Under the pieces are notes generated by a model. That model saw only the letters and a program-made list of their open reading frames with translations, was not told the origin of the DNA and did no database searches. This document shows positions 13,964 through 21,946 of a stretch of 32,493 nucleotides of DNA, piece after piece. Positions within the stretch are counted from its first letter, which is position 1. The number at the start of each line of letters is the position of its first letter. Made by a program: the position numbers and the translations under genes. Source of the DNA: Anaerolineae bacterium (GTDB lineage: Bacteria > Chloroflexota > Anaerolineae > UBA4142). The stretch is from NCBI GenBank assembly GCA_026417715.1, contig JAOACU010000003.1, positions 1-32,493 of the forward strand. The letters run 5' to 3'.

Positions 13964-13975
13964 AAATCTAGACGT

Positions 13976-15643
13976 ATGGCACTTGTCGAACTCGTGAATG
14001 TGCAGTATCGTTATGCCGACGCCACAACGGACGCGTTGAGTGACATCCATCTCAGCATCGCGCCCGGTGAATTTGTATTGCTCGCTGGCGCAAGTGGGTC
14101 AGGCAAATCAACACTGTGTCGTCTGTTCAACGGACTGATTCCACACTTTTACGACGGCACACTCGGCGGTACGGTGTACGTGGATGGCTTGGACACGCGC
14201 GCACACTCGGTTGCCGAATTGTTTGCGCGGGTGGGAATGGTGTTTCAAAATCCCGAAGCGCAACTCTTCAACAGCACCGTCGAACGCGAAATCACTTTTG
14301 GGTTGGAGAGTTTGGGATTACCGCGCGACGAGATTCACGCGCGCGTGAACTGGGCACTCGACCTGACACACCTTACTCACTTGCGCCAGCGCGCGCCGTT
14401 TGAACTTTCGAGTGGCGAACAGCAAGCCGTTGTGATTGCCGCGATGGTCGCGCTGCGTCCGCGTCTTTTGGTGCTCGACGAACCTTACGCCAATCTGGAT
14501 GCCGATGCAGTGACGCGCGTGCGCGCGATTCTGCGCGACATCCACGCGCAAGGGACGACTGTGATTTTGACCGAACATCGCCTTCACACGACACTTGCCG
14601 ATGCAACGCGTCTGATGGTGATGGATCGCGGACGCATCGTGCGCGATGGCGCGCCGCGTGACATCTTGCGCGAGGATGTTTCGGCGTGGCGATTGAATGT
14701 GCCATACGTCGTTCAGTTGGCGCGACGCGCAGGGTGGCGCGAGACACCTCTGTCCGTTTCCGAAGCCGTAGCACTCGCGCGCGCGTACGGCAATGTGCCG
14801 AATGTGTCGCGTCGCAATGGTCAGGCAGAAAACGCGCCTCCGCCCGATGCGTCGCGCGTGATCGAAATGCGCCAAGTCAGTTGTCAACGCGATGGGCGGA
14901 CGATTTTGCGCGACGTGTCGTTCAGCGTTGCACGCGGCGAAAGTATCGCGCTGATTGGACGCAACGGCGCCGGTAAAACGACACTGCTACGACTCTTGAA
15001 CGGCTTGCAGTTACCGTCGCACGGTCACGTGATCGTGATGAATCAAGACACGCGGCGCGCGCGCGTCTCGACACTGGCGCGCGAGGTCGGCATCGCTTTT
15101 CAAAATGCCGACGCACAATTTTTCAAGACACGCGTGCGCGACGAAATCGAGGTGGCACCGCGCGCCTTGCAACGACTCGACCGCGCGTGGTTAGAGCAGT
15201 TGTGCGAGTGGTTTGAATTGTCACCGCTATTGGAGCGTTCGCCATTCACACTGAGCGAAGGCGAAAAGAAACGCGTGGCGATTGTGGCGATGCTTGCCGC
15301 GCGCCCAACGATTCTCGCGCTCGATGAACCGACGACAGGACAAGACGCTGTGTTTCGCGCGAACTTGGTGCGCGTGTTGCGCGAACTCCAAACGCGTGGG
15401 ATGACGATTCTGGTTGCTACGCACGATGTCGAATTCGCCGAGCAAGTCGCAGCGCGTTGGCTCGTGCTCGGCGAAGGCACACTCTTGGCGGATGCAACTC
15501 CCGATCAAGTGATGCGTGATGCCGCGCTATTGGCGCGCGCGGCACTACAACCTACCGCACAGTGGCAATTTCAACACGCGTGGCAACAAGTCGGTTTGTT
15601 AGAAACTGCTGCGACGAATACACAACGAATGAACACATCATAG
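13976..15643 (+). CDS. ecfA: ECF transporter ATPase, fused tandem EcfA-EcfA' (CbiO-like) protein
   Basis: Two complete ABC cassettes are present. The first has GASGSGKST / LSSGEQQ / LLVLDEP. The second has GRNGAGKTT / LSEGEKK / ILALDEP. The last ~10 codons (..TNTQRMNTS*) are encoded by repeat B3. Confidence 0.85.
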   Translation: MALVELVNVQYRYADATTDALSDIHLSIAPGEFVLLAGASGSGKSTLCRLFNGLIPHFYDGTLGGTVYVDGLDTRAHSVAELFARVGMVFQNPEAQLFNSTVEREITFGLESLGLPRDEIHARVNWALDLTHLTHLRQRAPFELSSGEQQAVVIAAMVALRPRLLVLDEPYANLDADAVTRVRAILRDIHAQGTTVILTEHRLHTTLADATRLMVMDRGRIVRDGAPRDILREDVSAWRLNVPYVVQLARRAGWRETPLSVSEAVALARAYGNVPNVSRRNGQAENAPPPDASRVIEMRQVSCQRDGRTILRDVSFSVARGESIALIGRNGAGKTTLLRLLNGLQLPSHGHVIVMNQDTRRARVSTLAREVGIAFQNADAQFFKTRVRDEIEVAPRALQRLDRAWLEQLCEWFELSPLLERSPFTLSEGEKKRVAIVAMLAARPTILALDEPTTGQDAVFRANLVRVLRELQTRGMTILVATHDVEFAEQVAARWLVLGEGTLLADATPDQVMRDAALLARAALQPTAQWQFQHAWQQVGLLETAATNTQRMNTS

Positions 15644-15673
15644 CACGATTCGTTGATGCAAATTCATTGTTGG
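15613..15673. repeat. ACGAAT/ATTCGT word hairpin element (family B, copy 3, shorter)
   Basis: The sequence is gacgaatacaCAACGAATgaacacatcatagcacgATTCGTTGatgcaaattcattgttgg. It spans the ecfA stop codon and the ecfA-ecfT gap. Confidence 0.65.
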
Positions 15674-15682
15674 CGATCAGGA

Positions 15683-16342
15683 ATGTCAATGTTCGATCCG
15701 CGTTCCAAACTTGTGCTCGCGCTCGCGTGGTCAACTCTCGTGATGCTCGCGACGCGCTGGGAGATACTCGGTATCATCAGCATCGTCACGTTGGGTACAG
15801 TTGTGGTACTTGACCACACCTCAGCGTGGCTCAAGACTATGCGCGCGCTCGTGCCGATGACGCTCTTTCTCGTCGCGGTGATGCTGTGGGCGTTCGATGC
15901 AAACACAGCATTGATGAGTGCGTTGCGTCTGCTCCTCTTGACCACAACCTTTTTCCTGTTCTTTCGGACGACTGCCCCCGAGGATATGGCGAACGCGCTC
16001 GTGGCGAGTGGCGCGCCGTACGCTCTCGCATTCATTATTACGACCGCGATGCAGTTCGTCCCTGTTCTCGCGCGCAAGATGAGCGAGGTTAGAGACGCGC
16101 AACGCGCGCGCGGCATTCCTTTGGAAAACAATGTGGCGAGTCTGCGATACTATCCTGCCCTGATTGTGCCGCTACTCATCCAAACCTTTCTACTTGCCGA
16201 GCAACTGGCTGAGGCGATGGAAGCACGCGGCTTTGGCGCGCCGCGGCGTACGTTCGCACGCGCGTACGTGTTGCAACGTCACGATTGGGGACTGATCTTG
16301 GTATCATTCCTTCTCATTCTCGTAGGATGGTGGTTACGATGA
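15683..16342 (+). CDS. ecfT: ECF transporter transmembrane (T) component (CbiQ/EcfT family)
   Basis: The polytopic membrane protein carries the EcfT-type cytoplasmic helix motif ..VRDAQRARGIPLE... It follows the ECF ATPase gene, and its stop overlaps the thiE start (ATGA at 16339-16342). The start is uncertain (ATG 15653, 15656 or 15683). Confidence 0.8.
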   Translation: MSMFDPRSKLVLALAWSTLVMLATRWEILGIISIVTLGTVVVLDHTSAWLKTMRALVPMTLFLVAVMLWAFDANTALMSALRLLLLTTTFFLFFRTTAPEDMANALVASGAPYALAFIITTAMQFVPVLARKMSEVRDAQRARGIPLENNVASLRYYPALIVPLLIQTFLLAEQLAEAMEARGFGAPRRTFARAYVLQRHDWGLILVSFLLILVGWWLR

Positions 16343-16986
16343 AATCTGTGGACTATACGCTGTATGTTCTTACCGATGCCAAACTCGCGCGCGGACGTTC
16401 GCACGAGGAGGTGGTTGCCGCCGCGCTGCGTGGTGGTGCGACGTTGGTGCAGTATCGTGAAAAGAACGCCAGCACGCGCCAAATGATCGCAGAAGCAACG
16501 CGCCTGCGCGATCTCTGTCGCGCGTACGGCGTACCGCTCATCGTCAATGATCGCGTGGACATCGCGCTGGCAGTAGATGCGGACGGCGTGCACGTGGGTC
16601 CCGACGATATGCCAGTCGCACTAGCGCGCAAACTGATGGGGCGCGACAAAATCGTCGGTGCATCGGCGGGGACAATCGCCGAAGCGCGCGCGGCGATTGC
16701 CGATGGCGCGGACTATTTGGGTGTGGGCGCTATCTTTGCCACGAGTTCCAAAGCCGATGCAGGAGAGCCAATCGGTTTGGACGGGTTGCAACAAATCGTG
16801 CGTGTCAGTACGATTCCTGTCGTCGGCATCGCTGGCATCAACGCGACGAATGCGGCGAGTGTCATTCGCGCGGGCGCAGTGGGCATTGCGGTCATTTCAG
16901 CCATCGTCTCTGCCGACGATATTGAACGCGCCACGCGCGAATTGAAAACGATTGTTGAACAAGCCAAAAGAAATTTCGTCCACTAA
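16339..16986 (+). CDS. thiE: Thiamine-phosphate synthase
   Basis: The blocks YVLTD.., [49 protein letters not shown] and VVGIAGI are typical of ThiE. Confidence 0.9.
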   Translation: MKSVDYTLYVLTDAKLARGRSHEEVVAAALRGGATLVQYREKNASTRQMIAEATRLRDLCRAYGVPLIVNDRVDIALAVDADGVHVGPDDMPVALARKLMGRDKIVGASAGTIAEARAAIADGADYLGVGAIFATSSKADAGEPIGLDGLQQIVRVSTIPVVGIAGINATNAASVIRAGAVGIAVISAIVSADDIERATRELKTIVEQAKRNFVH

Positions 16987-17027
16987 GGACACGAAAAAAA
17001 TCTTGGTGTTTCTTCGTGTCCTTCGTG
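16985..17027. repeat. CACGAA/TTCGTG word hairpin repeat (family A, copy 2)
   Basis: An 11-bp perfect stem forms in aaggacacgaa-(16 nt)-ttcgtgtcctt, followed by cgtgg. It shares CTTCGTGTYCCTTCGTGG with copy 1 at 606-649. It overlaps the thiE stop codon. Confidence 0.7.
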
Positions 17028-17061
17028 GATAAAAAAGTTATTTTGTACCAAGGAGAGCAAG

Positions 17062-17868
17062 ATGAAACGAGCATTGACGATTGCAGGTTCGGATTCGGGC
17101 GGCGGCGCCGGCATCCAAGCCGACCTTAAAACCTTCGCCGCGCGCGGTGTGTTTGGGATGAGTGTGTTGACCGCGCTGACCGCGCAAAATACGTTGGGCG
17201 TGCAAGGCGTGCACGAAGTTCCACCCGATTTTATCGCGTTGCAGATTGATGCGGTTGTCAGCGATTTGGGAGTAGATGCCGTAAAAACCGGAATGCTCTC
17301 GAATGCCTCCATCATCGAGATCGTTGCCGCTAAAGTGCGCGAACATCACTTGGCGCCGCTCGTCGTGGACCCAGTGATGATCGCCAAGAGTGGCGCGCCG
17401 CTCTTGCGTGACGAGGCGCGCGAAGCATTGATTCGACAGTTGCTACCACTAGCAACGGTCGTCACCCCGAATCTGCACGAGGCGCGCGCGCTCAGCGGCA
17501 TAGACGTTACCACACTCGAAGAGATGCGTGATGCTGCGCGCGCGATTCATCGTCTTGGCGCGCGTTACGTCGTCATCAAAGGTGGACACTTGCCCGCAAC
17601 GATGGAAGCGATTGATGTGTTGTACGATGGCATTACCTTCGAGGAATTTCGCGCGCCGCGCATCGAAACCAAGAACACACATGGAACGGGATGCACGTTT
17701 GCCTCGGCGATTGCGGCTGAACTAGCCAAGGGCAATTCGGTGGCGCAAGCAGTTCGCATCGCCAAAGCGTATCTCACCGCGGTCTTGCAAGCATCGGCGA
17801 ATTTGTCACTCGGTCACGGTCACGGTCCGCTGAATCATATGGCAACCTTGATAGAACGTTCGACCTAA
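17062..17868 (+). CDS. thiD: Bifunctional hydroxymethylpyrimidine / phosphomethylpyrimidine kinase
   Basis: The blocks [44 protein letters not shown] and [13 protein letters not shown] match ThiD. A Shine-Dalgarno sequence (AAGGAG) lies 7 nt upstream. Confidence 0.92.
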   Translation: MKRALTIAGSDSGGGAGIQADLKTFAARGVFGMSVLTALTAQNTLGVQGVHEVPPDFIALQIDAVVSDLGVDAVKTGMLSNASIIEIVAAKVREHHLAPLVVDPVMIAKSGAPLLRDEAREALIRQLLPLATVVTPNLHEARALSGIDVTTLEEMRDAARAIHRLGARYVVIKGGHLPATMEAIDVLYDGITFEEFRAPRIETKNTHGTGCTFASAIAAELAKGNSVAQAVRIAKAYLTAVLQASANLSLGHGHGPLNHMATLIERST

Positions 17869-17901
17869 TGCCTGACTTGAGCCCAAGATCGAAAGACAGT
17901 C

Positions 17902-17940
17902 GAGTGGCAAGCGCGTTTATGGCTTGCCACTCTTTGTCTT
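17902..17940 (+). terminator. Intrinsic terminator after thiD
   Basis: An 11-bp perfect stem forms between gagtggcaagc (17902-17912) and gcttgccactc (17922-17932). It is followed by tttgtctt. Confidence 0.7.
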
Positions 17941-18039
17941 GGGAAAAGTAAGATTTCCAAAAACCCCGTTTTGCCACATTTCTGCCCTCTGTGGGTCAAA
18001 ATGTTATGATATTGTTATCAATTCGTAACGCTTTGATGG

Positions 18040-18068
18040 TTTACAAATATCCGACTTTATGTTATACA
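18040..18068 (+). promoter_or_regulatory. Candidate sigma70-type promoter (TTTACA-17-TATACA) upstream of the BcsB-like gene
   Basis: TTTACA at 18040-18045 is separated by a 17-nt spacer from TATACA(AT) at 18063-18070. It lies in an unusually AT-rich 160-bp gap, 30 nt upstream of ATG 18100. Confidence 0.3.
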
Positions 18069-18099
18069 ATGACCAAAATGTGAGTTAAATGGTCGGAAT

Positions 18100-20253
18100 A
18101 TGTACAAAAGATTTTTGCTCGCGTGCAGTCTTGCTTTTGCGTTTGTGCTACTCGCCAATCTAGTTGCGCGCGGAGAAACCAACACGCGCACACTCACCTT
18201 TGCCGATTTGGGTTACCCGAAAGACGAAACGCTACACGGTGTTCGCGCAACGCGCGAATACGGTGTGCTGTTGCCGCAATCTTGGAATGTGCAAACAGCC
18301 ACCATCCTCGTACTGCGATTCAGTCACTCGCCAGCGTTACGTCCCAACTCTAGTCTGGCGGTGGATTGGAACGGCACACGCTTGACGAGCACACTGCTTA
18401 CAGCGGAGAATGCCAAAGACGGCGTCTTGCGTGCCGAAATTCCTGCCGCGTTGATGCGCACAGGTTACAACGTCTTGCGTCTTGAAGCGTATATGGGGAT
18501 TCAGGACGATTTTTGTTCCGATATTGACAATCCTGCGGTTTGGTTGACCGTGCATCATTCATCCTTCTTGCAAGTAAATTTCCTGACCAAGTCACCCGAA
18601 GCCGATTTGGGTACATTTCCCCTACCATTCATCGAACCCAGTTCACTCGTCACCAATACCGTAACGTTGGTGTTGCCCGATTCGCCGCGTCTCGCCGAAT
18701 TGACAGCGGCGGCAACGATCGGTGCCAAGTTGGGACAGTTGGCAGCGTGGCGACCGCTCCAATTCGATGTGCGCGCGGCATCTACTTTCGATTTGAATCA
18801 GAACAACGGTCACATCATCGTGATTGGCGCGCGCGAACGCTTGCCACGTACTCTCGACTTGCCCATCGTAAAAAAGTTAGGCACTGAAACACAATTGACC
18901 GATTGGCGCGGCGAGCCATTACCGCGCCACGCGGGCGTACTCTGGGAACAACTCACACCGCGTCGCGAGGCATTACTCCTCGTCGTCACCGGCGAAGACG
19001 ATACGGCGATGCTTACTGCCGCGCGCGCGCTTGCCAGCACACCAACGTACGCACAATTGAACGGGCCACTCGGCGTGGTGCTCCAAGTGCCACCGCCCAA
19101 AGGGAACGGTTCGATTGGACAAACGTTGACGCTGGAAGAGTTGGGGTATCGCGACATTACAGCGCAAGGTTCGCGCGAACAGACATTGAATTACGTGATT
19201 CCCTTGCCGATGGCATGGCAAATTCAAGAAGGCGCGACCTTGGATTTACACTTTGCGCATTCAGCCCTATTGGACACCAACAAGTCATCGTTGAACGTGC
19301 TGTTGAACGGAACACCTGTGGGGAGCATTCTACTCACAAGCAAAACCGCCAGCGATGGACGCGTCACGTTCACACTCCCCGCGCGCTTGTTCAAGATGGG
19401 CGAAAACACGTTGACGATTGTGAGCAACATCCAAGTCCCGCGTCCGACCAAAGACCCGACCGATTGTTTGAACACGTACTATCGCGAGGCGTGGCTGGTG
19501 GTCTATGCCGATTCGCGCTTGCGAATGCCCGGTGCACCCGCCAACTTGTCAGCGACGCTTGGCAACTATCCGCGCGCGTTCATCGGCGCGATGGACTTGT
19601 CTGATCTCACTTTCGTCGTCCCGCCCGAACCTAATCTCGCGGTTGCGCGCGCCGTAGCGTGGATCAGCGCACGACTCGGACGCTTTGCACAAGGCGAAAC
19701 CCTTGCCCCGCTGGTGGCGGACGCGCAAACACCAACTTTGACGCGCTATCAAATTATCGTGGGACGTCCTTCGCAAAACCCAGCGATTGCCAAACTGAAA
19801 GATGTGCTACCACAACCGTTCAAATCAAACAGTGACGAACCTGAACCCGTCGCGCAGGTGGCGCAAGTGTTACCACCGCGCGGCACCATCGGCTATGTGC
19901 AAGCCACCACGATAGACAAACAACCGCGCCTTGTGGTCACTGGCAACAACGACGAGGGACTGTTATGGGCAGCCGAGGCGTTGAGCGCGCCAGAACTCTT
20001 GGGCAAGTTGCGTGGCGATCTGGCGATTCTGAGTGCCGCCGCTTCGCTCACCACGCTCGAAGTGCGTACCAAAGACAATCCCACCGCGTTGGCTTTGGCA
20101 CAGCCAACCCCAACCACCAACGGCACATCAAGTATGCCGACATGGGTAATGGGTTTGACCATCGGATTGTTTCTCGTGACAGCAGTGATCCTGTTCTTGG
20201 TCGGTTGGCAATCGTGGATTGGTATGCGGATGCAAAGGCGAAGGAATAACTGA
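18100..20253 (+). CDS. BcsB-like (cellulose synthase regulatory subunit-like) periplasmic protein with C-terminal TM anchor
   Basis: It has an N-terminal signal peptide. Two repeats follow the BcsB pattern: TLTFADLGY..ETLHG....YGVLLP..W.....ILVLRFSHSPALRPNSSLAVDWNGTRL.S..L and TLTLEELGYRDITAQG...TLNYVIPLP..W....ATLDLHFAHSALLDTNKSSLNVLLNGTPVGSILL. The block FCSDIDNPAVWLTVHHSSFL is also present. A single C-terminal TM helix is WVMGLTIGLFLVTAVILFLVGW. Confidence 0.7.
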   Translation: MYKRFLLACSLAFAFVLLANLVARGETNTRTLTFADLGYPKDETLHGVRATREYGVLLPQSWNVQTATILVLRFSHSPALRPNSSLAVDWNGTRLTSTLLTAENAKDGVLRAEIPAALMRTGYNVLRLEAYMGIQDDFCSDIDNPAVWLTVHHSSFLQVNFLTKSPEADLGTFPLPFIEPSSLVTNTVTLVLPDSPRLAELTAAATIGAKLGQLAAWRPLQFDVRAASTFDLNQNNGHIIVIGARERLPRTLDLPIVKKLGTETQLTDWRGEPLPRHAGVLWEQLTPRREALLLVVTGEDDTAMLTAARALASTPTYAQLNGPLGVVLQVPPPKGNGSIGQTLTLEELGYRDITAQGSREQTLNYVIPLPMAWQIQEGATLDLHFAHSALLDTNKSSLNVLLNGTPVGSILLTSKTASDGRVTFTLPARLFKMGENTLTIVSNIQVPRPTKDPTDCLNTYYREAWLVVYADSRLRMPGAPANLSATLGNYPRAFIGAMDLSDLTFVVPPEPNLAVARAVAWISARLGRFAQGETLAPLVADAQTPTLTRYQIIVGRPSQNPAIAKLKDVLPQPFKSNSDEPEPVAQVAQVLPPRGTIGYVQATTIDKQPRLVVTGNNDEGLLWAAEALSAPELLGKLRGDLAILSAAASLTTLEVRTKDNPTALALAQPTPTTNGTSSMPTWVMGLTIGLFLVTAVILFLVGWQSWIGMRMQRRRNN

Positions 20254-20265
20254 CGTTACGCACAC

Positions 20266-20293
20266 GTAGGACAGGTTTGCCAACTTGTCCTAC
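20266..20293 (+). other. Intergenic hairpin (possible attenuator or weak terminator)
   Basis: The sequence gtaggacaggtt-tgcc-aacttgtcctac forms a 12-bp stem with one G-U pair. It is followed by atttcac, which is a weak U tract. Confidence 0.3.
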
Positions 20294-20338
20294 ATTTCAC
20301 ACCAGATTTTCTATCCTCTGCGTAAGGTGAGGGAATAT

Positions 20339-21526
20339 ATGAATGTCAAACAAGACCTTCAATTCAAATTGCTCGTGGCAACGTTGGGGGTCTGGCTTAT
20401 TCTGGGTTCACTAGTAATCGGCTGGGTGGACTCGACGTTTTATATGCTAGCGTTCGGTCTGCTCGCGCTAACGACCACGCTGACATTGATCTACTCATCG
20501 CGCTTACTCGATGTGGGAATCGTAATCGCAGGCACGCTCATTTTCGGTGTGGTGCAAGTGCTGGTGTACGGCTTCACTCCGCGTATCGTGTTTCCTGCCA
20601 TCGTTTGCCTTGTGGCGTTGAGTGGTGCAGCCGCATTAGGCACACTCGCCAATCGTCAATTTACACGCGTGAGCCAGCAATTGGAACAACAACATCGGTT
20701 GGTGGACGAGTTGCGTGTCTATGATCCCGATACCAACTTGTTGCGTTATCCGTACGCCTTGCAAACGCTCAAAAATGAGATTGCGCGCAGTCAACGGTAC
20801 AATCGTCCGCTGTGCGTGCTGTTTTTGCGCGTGAACGAACCGCCCGAGTGGATGCAACCTCAAGGTGAATTGGCAAAACGCGCGGCGTATCAACAAATCG
20901 CTGAACTTGTGCGTGGATCGCTACGCACCGTAGATGTGGCATTCTTCAACGCGACCAAGTTCGGTGCCATTCTGCCAGAGACCGATGCGGTAGGTAGTCG
21001 TCTTGTCGCTGAGCGACTCATCGAACGCATCGCGAACAAGATGCGCTTGGCTACCTATATCGGCATAGCCCATTTCCCCAGCGATGGAGTAACGGAAGAA
21101 GAACTGGTGCGCGGCGCCGAGGCTGCATTACAGTTGGCGTTGACGACAGGGCAACCTTTGGTTTTTTACGTGCAACTACGCCATGCCGTTCGTCCTGCCG
21201 CGCCCATCCAACCGTTAGATTTACCGCCAACATCTCAACCCTCGCCCCTCAACCACACCGGAATCGAATTGCACATTGCGGGATTGCGCGATCTGGCAAA
21301 TACCTTGCGCATCGAACAAGCCTTGCGCGATTACGTCGGCGCCGAGAATGTACGCACATTACGTTTTATGGATGGCACGCTCGTGCTCGAACTCAAACAC
21401 CCTCCCAGCGATTTGACGCAAAAACTTGCCGAACTCATTCCCTTGCCCATCGAACAACTCGCGCGTGAGGGTCGAACGATTCACGCGCGCGTGCAGGAGG
21501 CTAGCGTTGGAACCGCCGCGCACTAA
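20339..21526 (+). CDS. Membrane protein with degenerate (catalytically inactive) GGDEF domain retaining an RxxD I-site; PelD-like candidate c-di-GMP receptor
   Basis: About 5 N-terminal TM helices precede a GGDEF-fold pattern: DPDTNLLRY..(for D.LTgL.NR), LCVLFLRVN (for lallllDlD), LRTVDVAFFNATKFGAILPETD (for R..D.vaRyGGDEFaill..t), YIGIAHFP and AEAALQLALTTGQP. The GG(D/E)EF motif is replaced by NATKF (nt 20948-20962), while RTVD (20924-20935) is retained. The Shine-Dalgarno sequence AAGGTGAGGG lies upstream of ATG 20339. Confidence 0.7.
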   Translation: MNVKQDLQFKLLVATLGVWLILGSLVIGWVDSTFYMLAFGLLALTTTLTLIYSSRLLDVGIVIAGTLIFGVVQVLVYGFTPRIVFPAIVCLVALSGAAALGTLANRQFTRVSQQLEQQHRLVDELRVYDPDTNLLRYPYALQTLKNEIARSQRYNRPLCVLFLRVNEPPEWMQPQGELAKRAAYQQIAELVRGSLRTVDVAFFNATKFGAILPETDAVGSRLVAERLIERIANKMRLATYIGIAHFPSDGVTEEELVRGAEAALQLALTTGQPLVFYVQLRHAVRPAAPIQPLDLPPTSQPSPLNHTGIELHIAGLRDLANTLRIEQALRDYVGAENVRTLRFMDGTLVLELKHPPSDLTQKLAELIPLPIEQLAREGRTIHARVQEASVGTAAH

Positions 21527-21767
21527 CTGGTGGCTTGCACTGGTGATCGTCCTGCGCGTGATGATCTTTCTGGGTGTTTGGCTCGTTCTGTTTATGGGAA
21601 TATTTTTGGGCTATTTCACCGTGCCGTTAATTGTCCTTGCCGCGCTGACTTTGTTTTACGCCATCACCGATGCTGGCTTGGTGATTGCTCTCGTGCGTCA
21701 GCGTGCCCGTCAAGCGCGTCACACTTTTTTGCAAGCGCGCGATTCGGAATCTACCCAGAACACGTAA
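21507..21767 (+). CDS. Small hypothetical membrane protein (about 86 aa, 2-3 TM)
   Basis: AGGAGG at 21495-21500 lies 6 nt upstream of TTG 21507. The hydrophobic sequence WWLALVIVLRVMIFLGVWLVLFMGIFLGYFTVPLIVLAALTLFYAITDAGLVIALV is followed by a basic tail. It overlaps the upstream gene by 20 nt. I see no recognisable family. Confidence 0.35.
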   Translation: MEPPRTNWWLALVIVLRVMIFLGVWLVLFMGIFLGYFTVPLIVLAALTLFYAITDAGLVIALVRQRARQARHTFLQARDSESTQNT

Positions 21768-21817
21768 CTGATGTAAGTTTGCAAACTGGTACTACACAAC
21801 GGTATTAGACATCGCCT

Positions 21818-21883
21818 CAACGAATGGGCAACGAATAAACGAATGAGTACCGTGCAGATTCGTTTGTGTGTTCAATATTCGTT
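21818..21883. repeat. ACGAAT/ATTCGT word hairpin element (family B, copy 4)
   Basis: The sequence is CAACGAATgggcaacgaataaacgaatgagtaccgtgcagattcgtttgtgtgttcaatATTCGTT. It lies immediately upstream of the GT2 synthase gene. The ORF-track GTG start at 21866 falls inside it. Confidence 0.75.
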
Positions 21884-21946
21884 AAAGCGGATTTTCAAAA
21901 GCAAACCTCAACCTCTGTAGAAACTTTCTCTCCCAAAGCGTTCGTG

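Noticed and set aside
17869-18099. The AT-rich gap upstream of the BcsB-like gene as a c-di-GMP riboswitch or small RNA gene.
   Set aside because: I could not recognise GEMM-I/II conserved blocks or a convincing conserved structure. Only a terminator hairpin and a weak promoter-like pair of hexamers are supportable.
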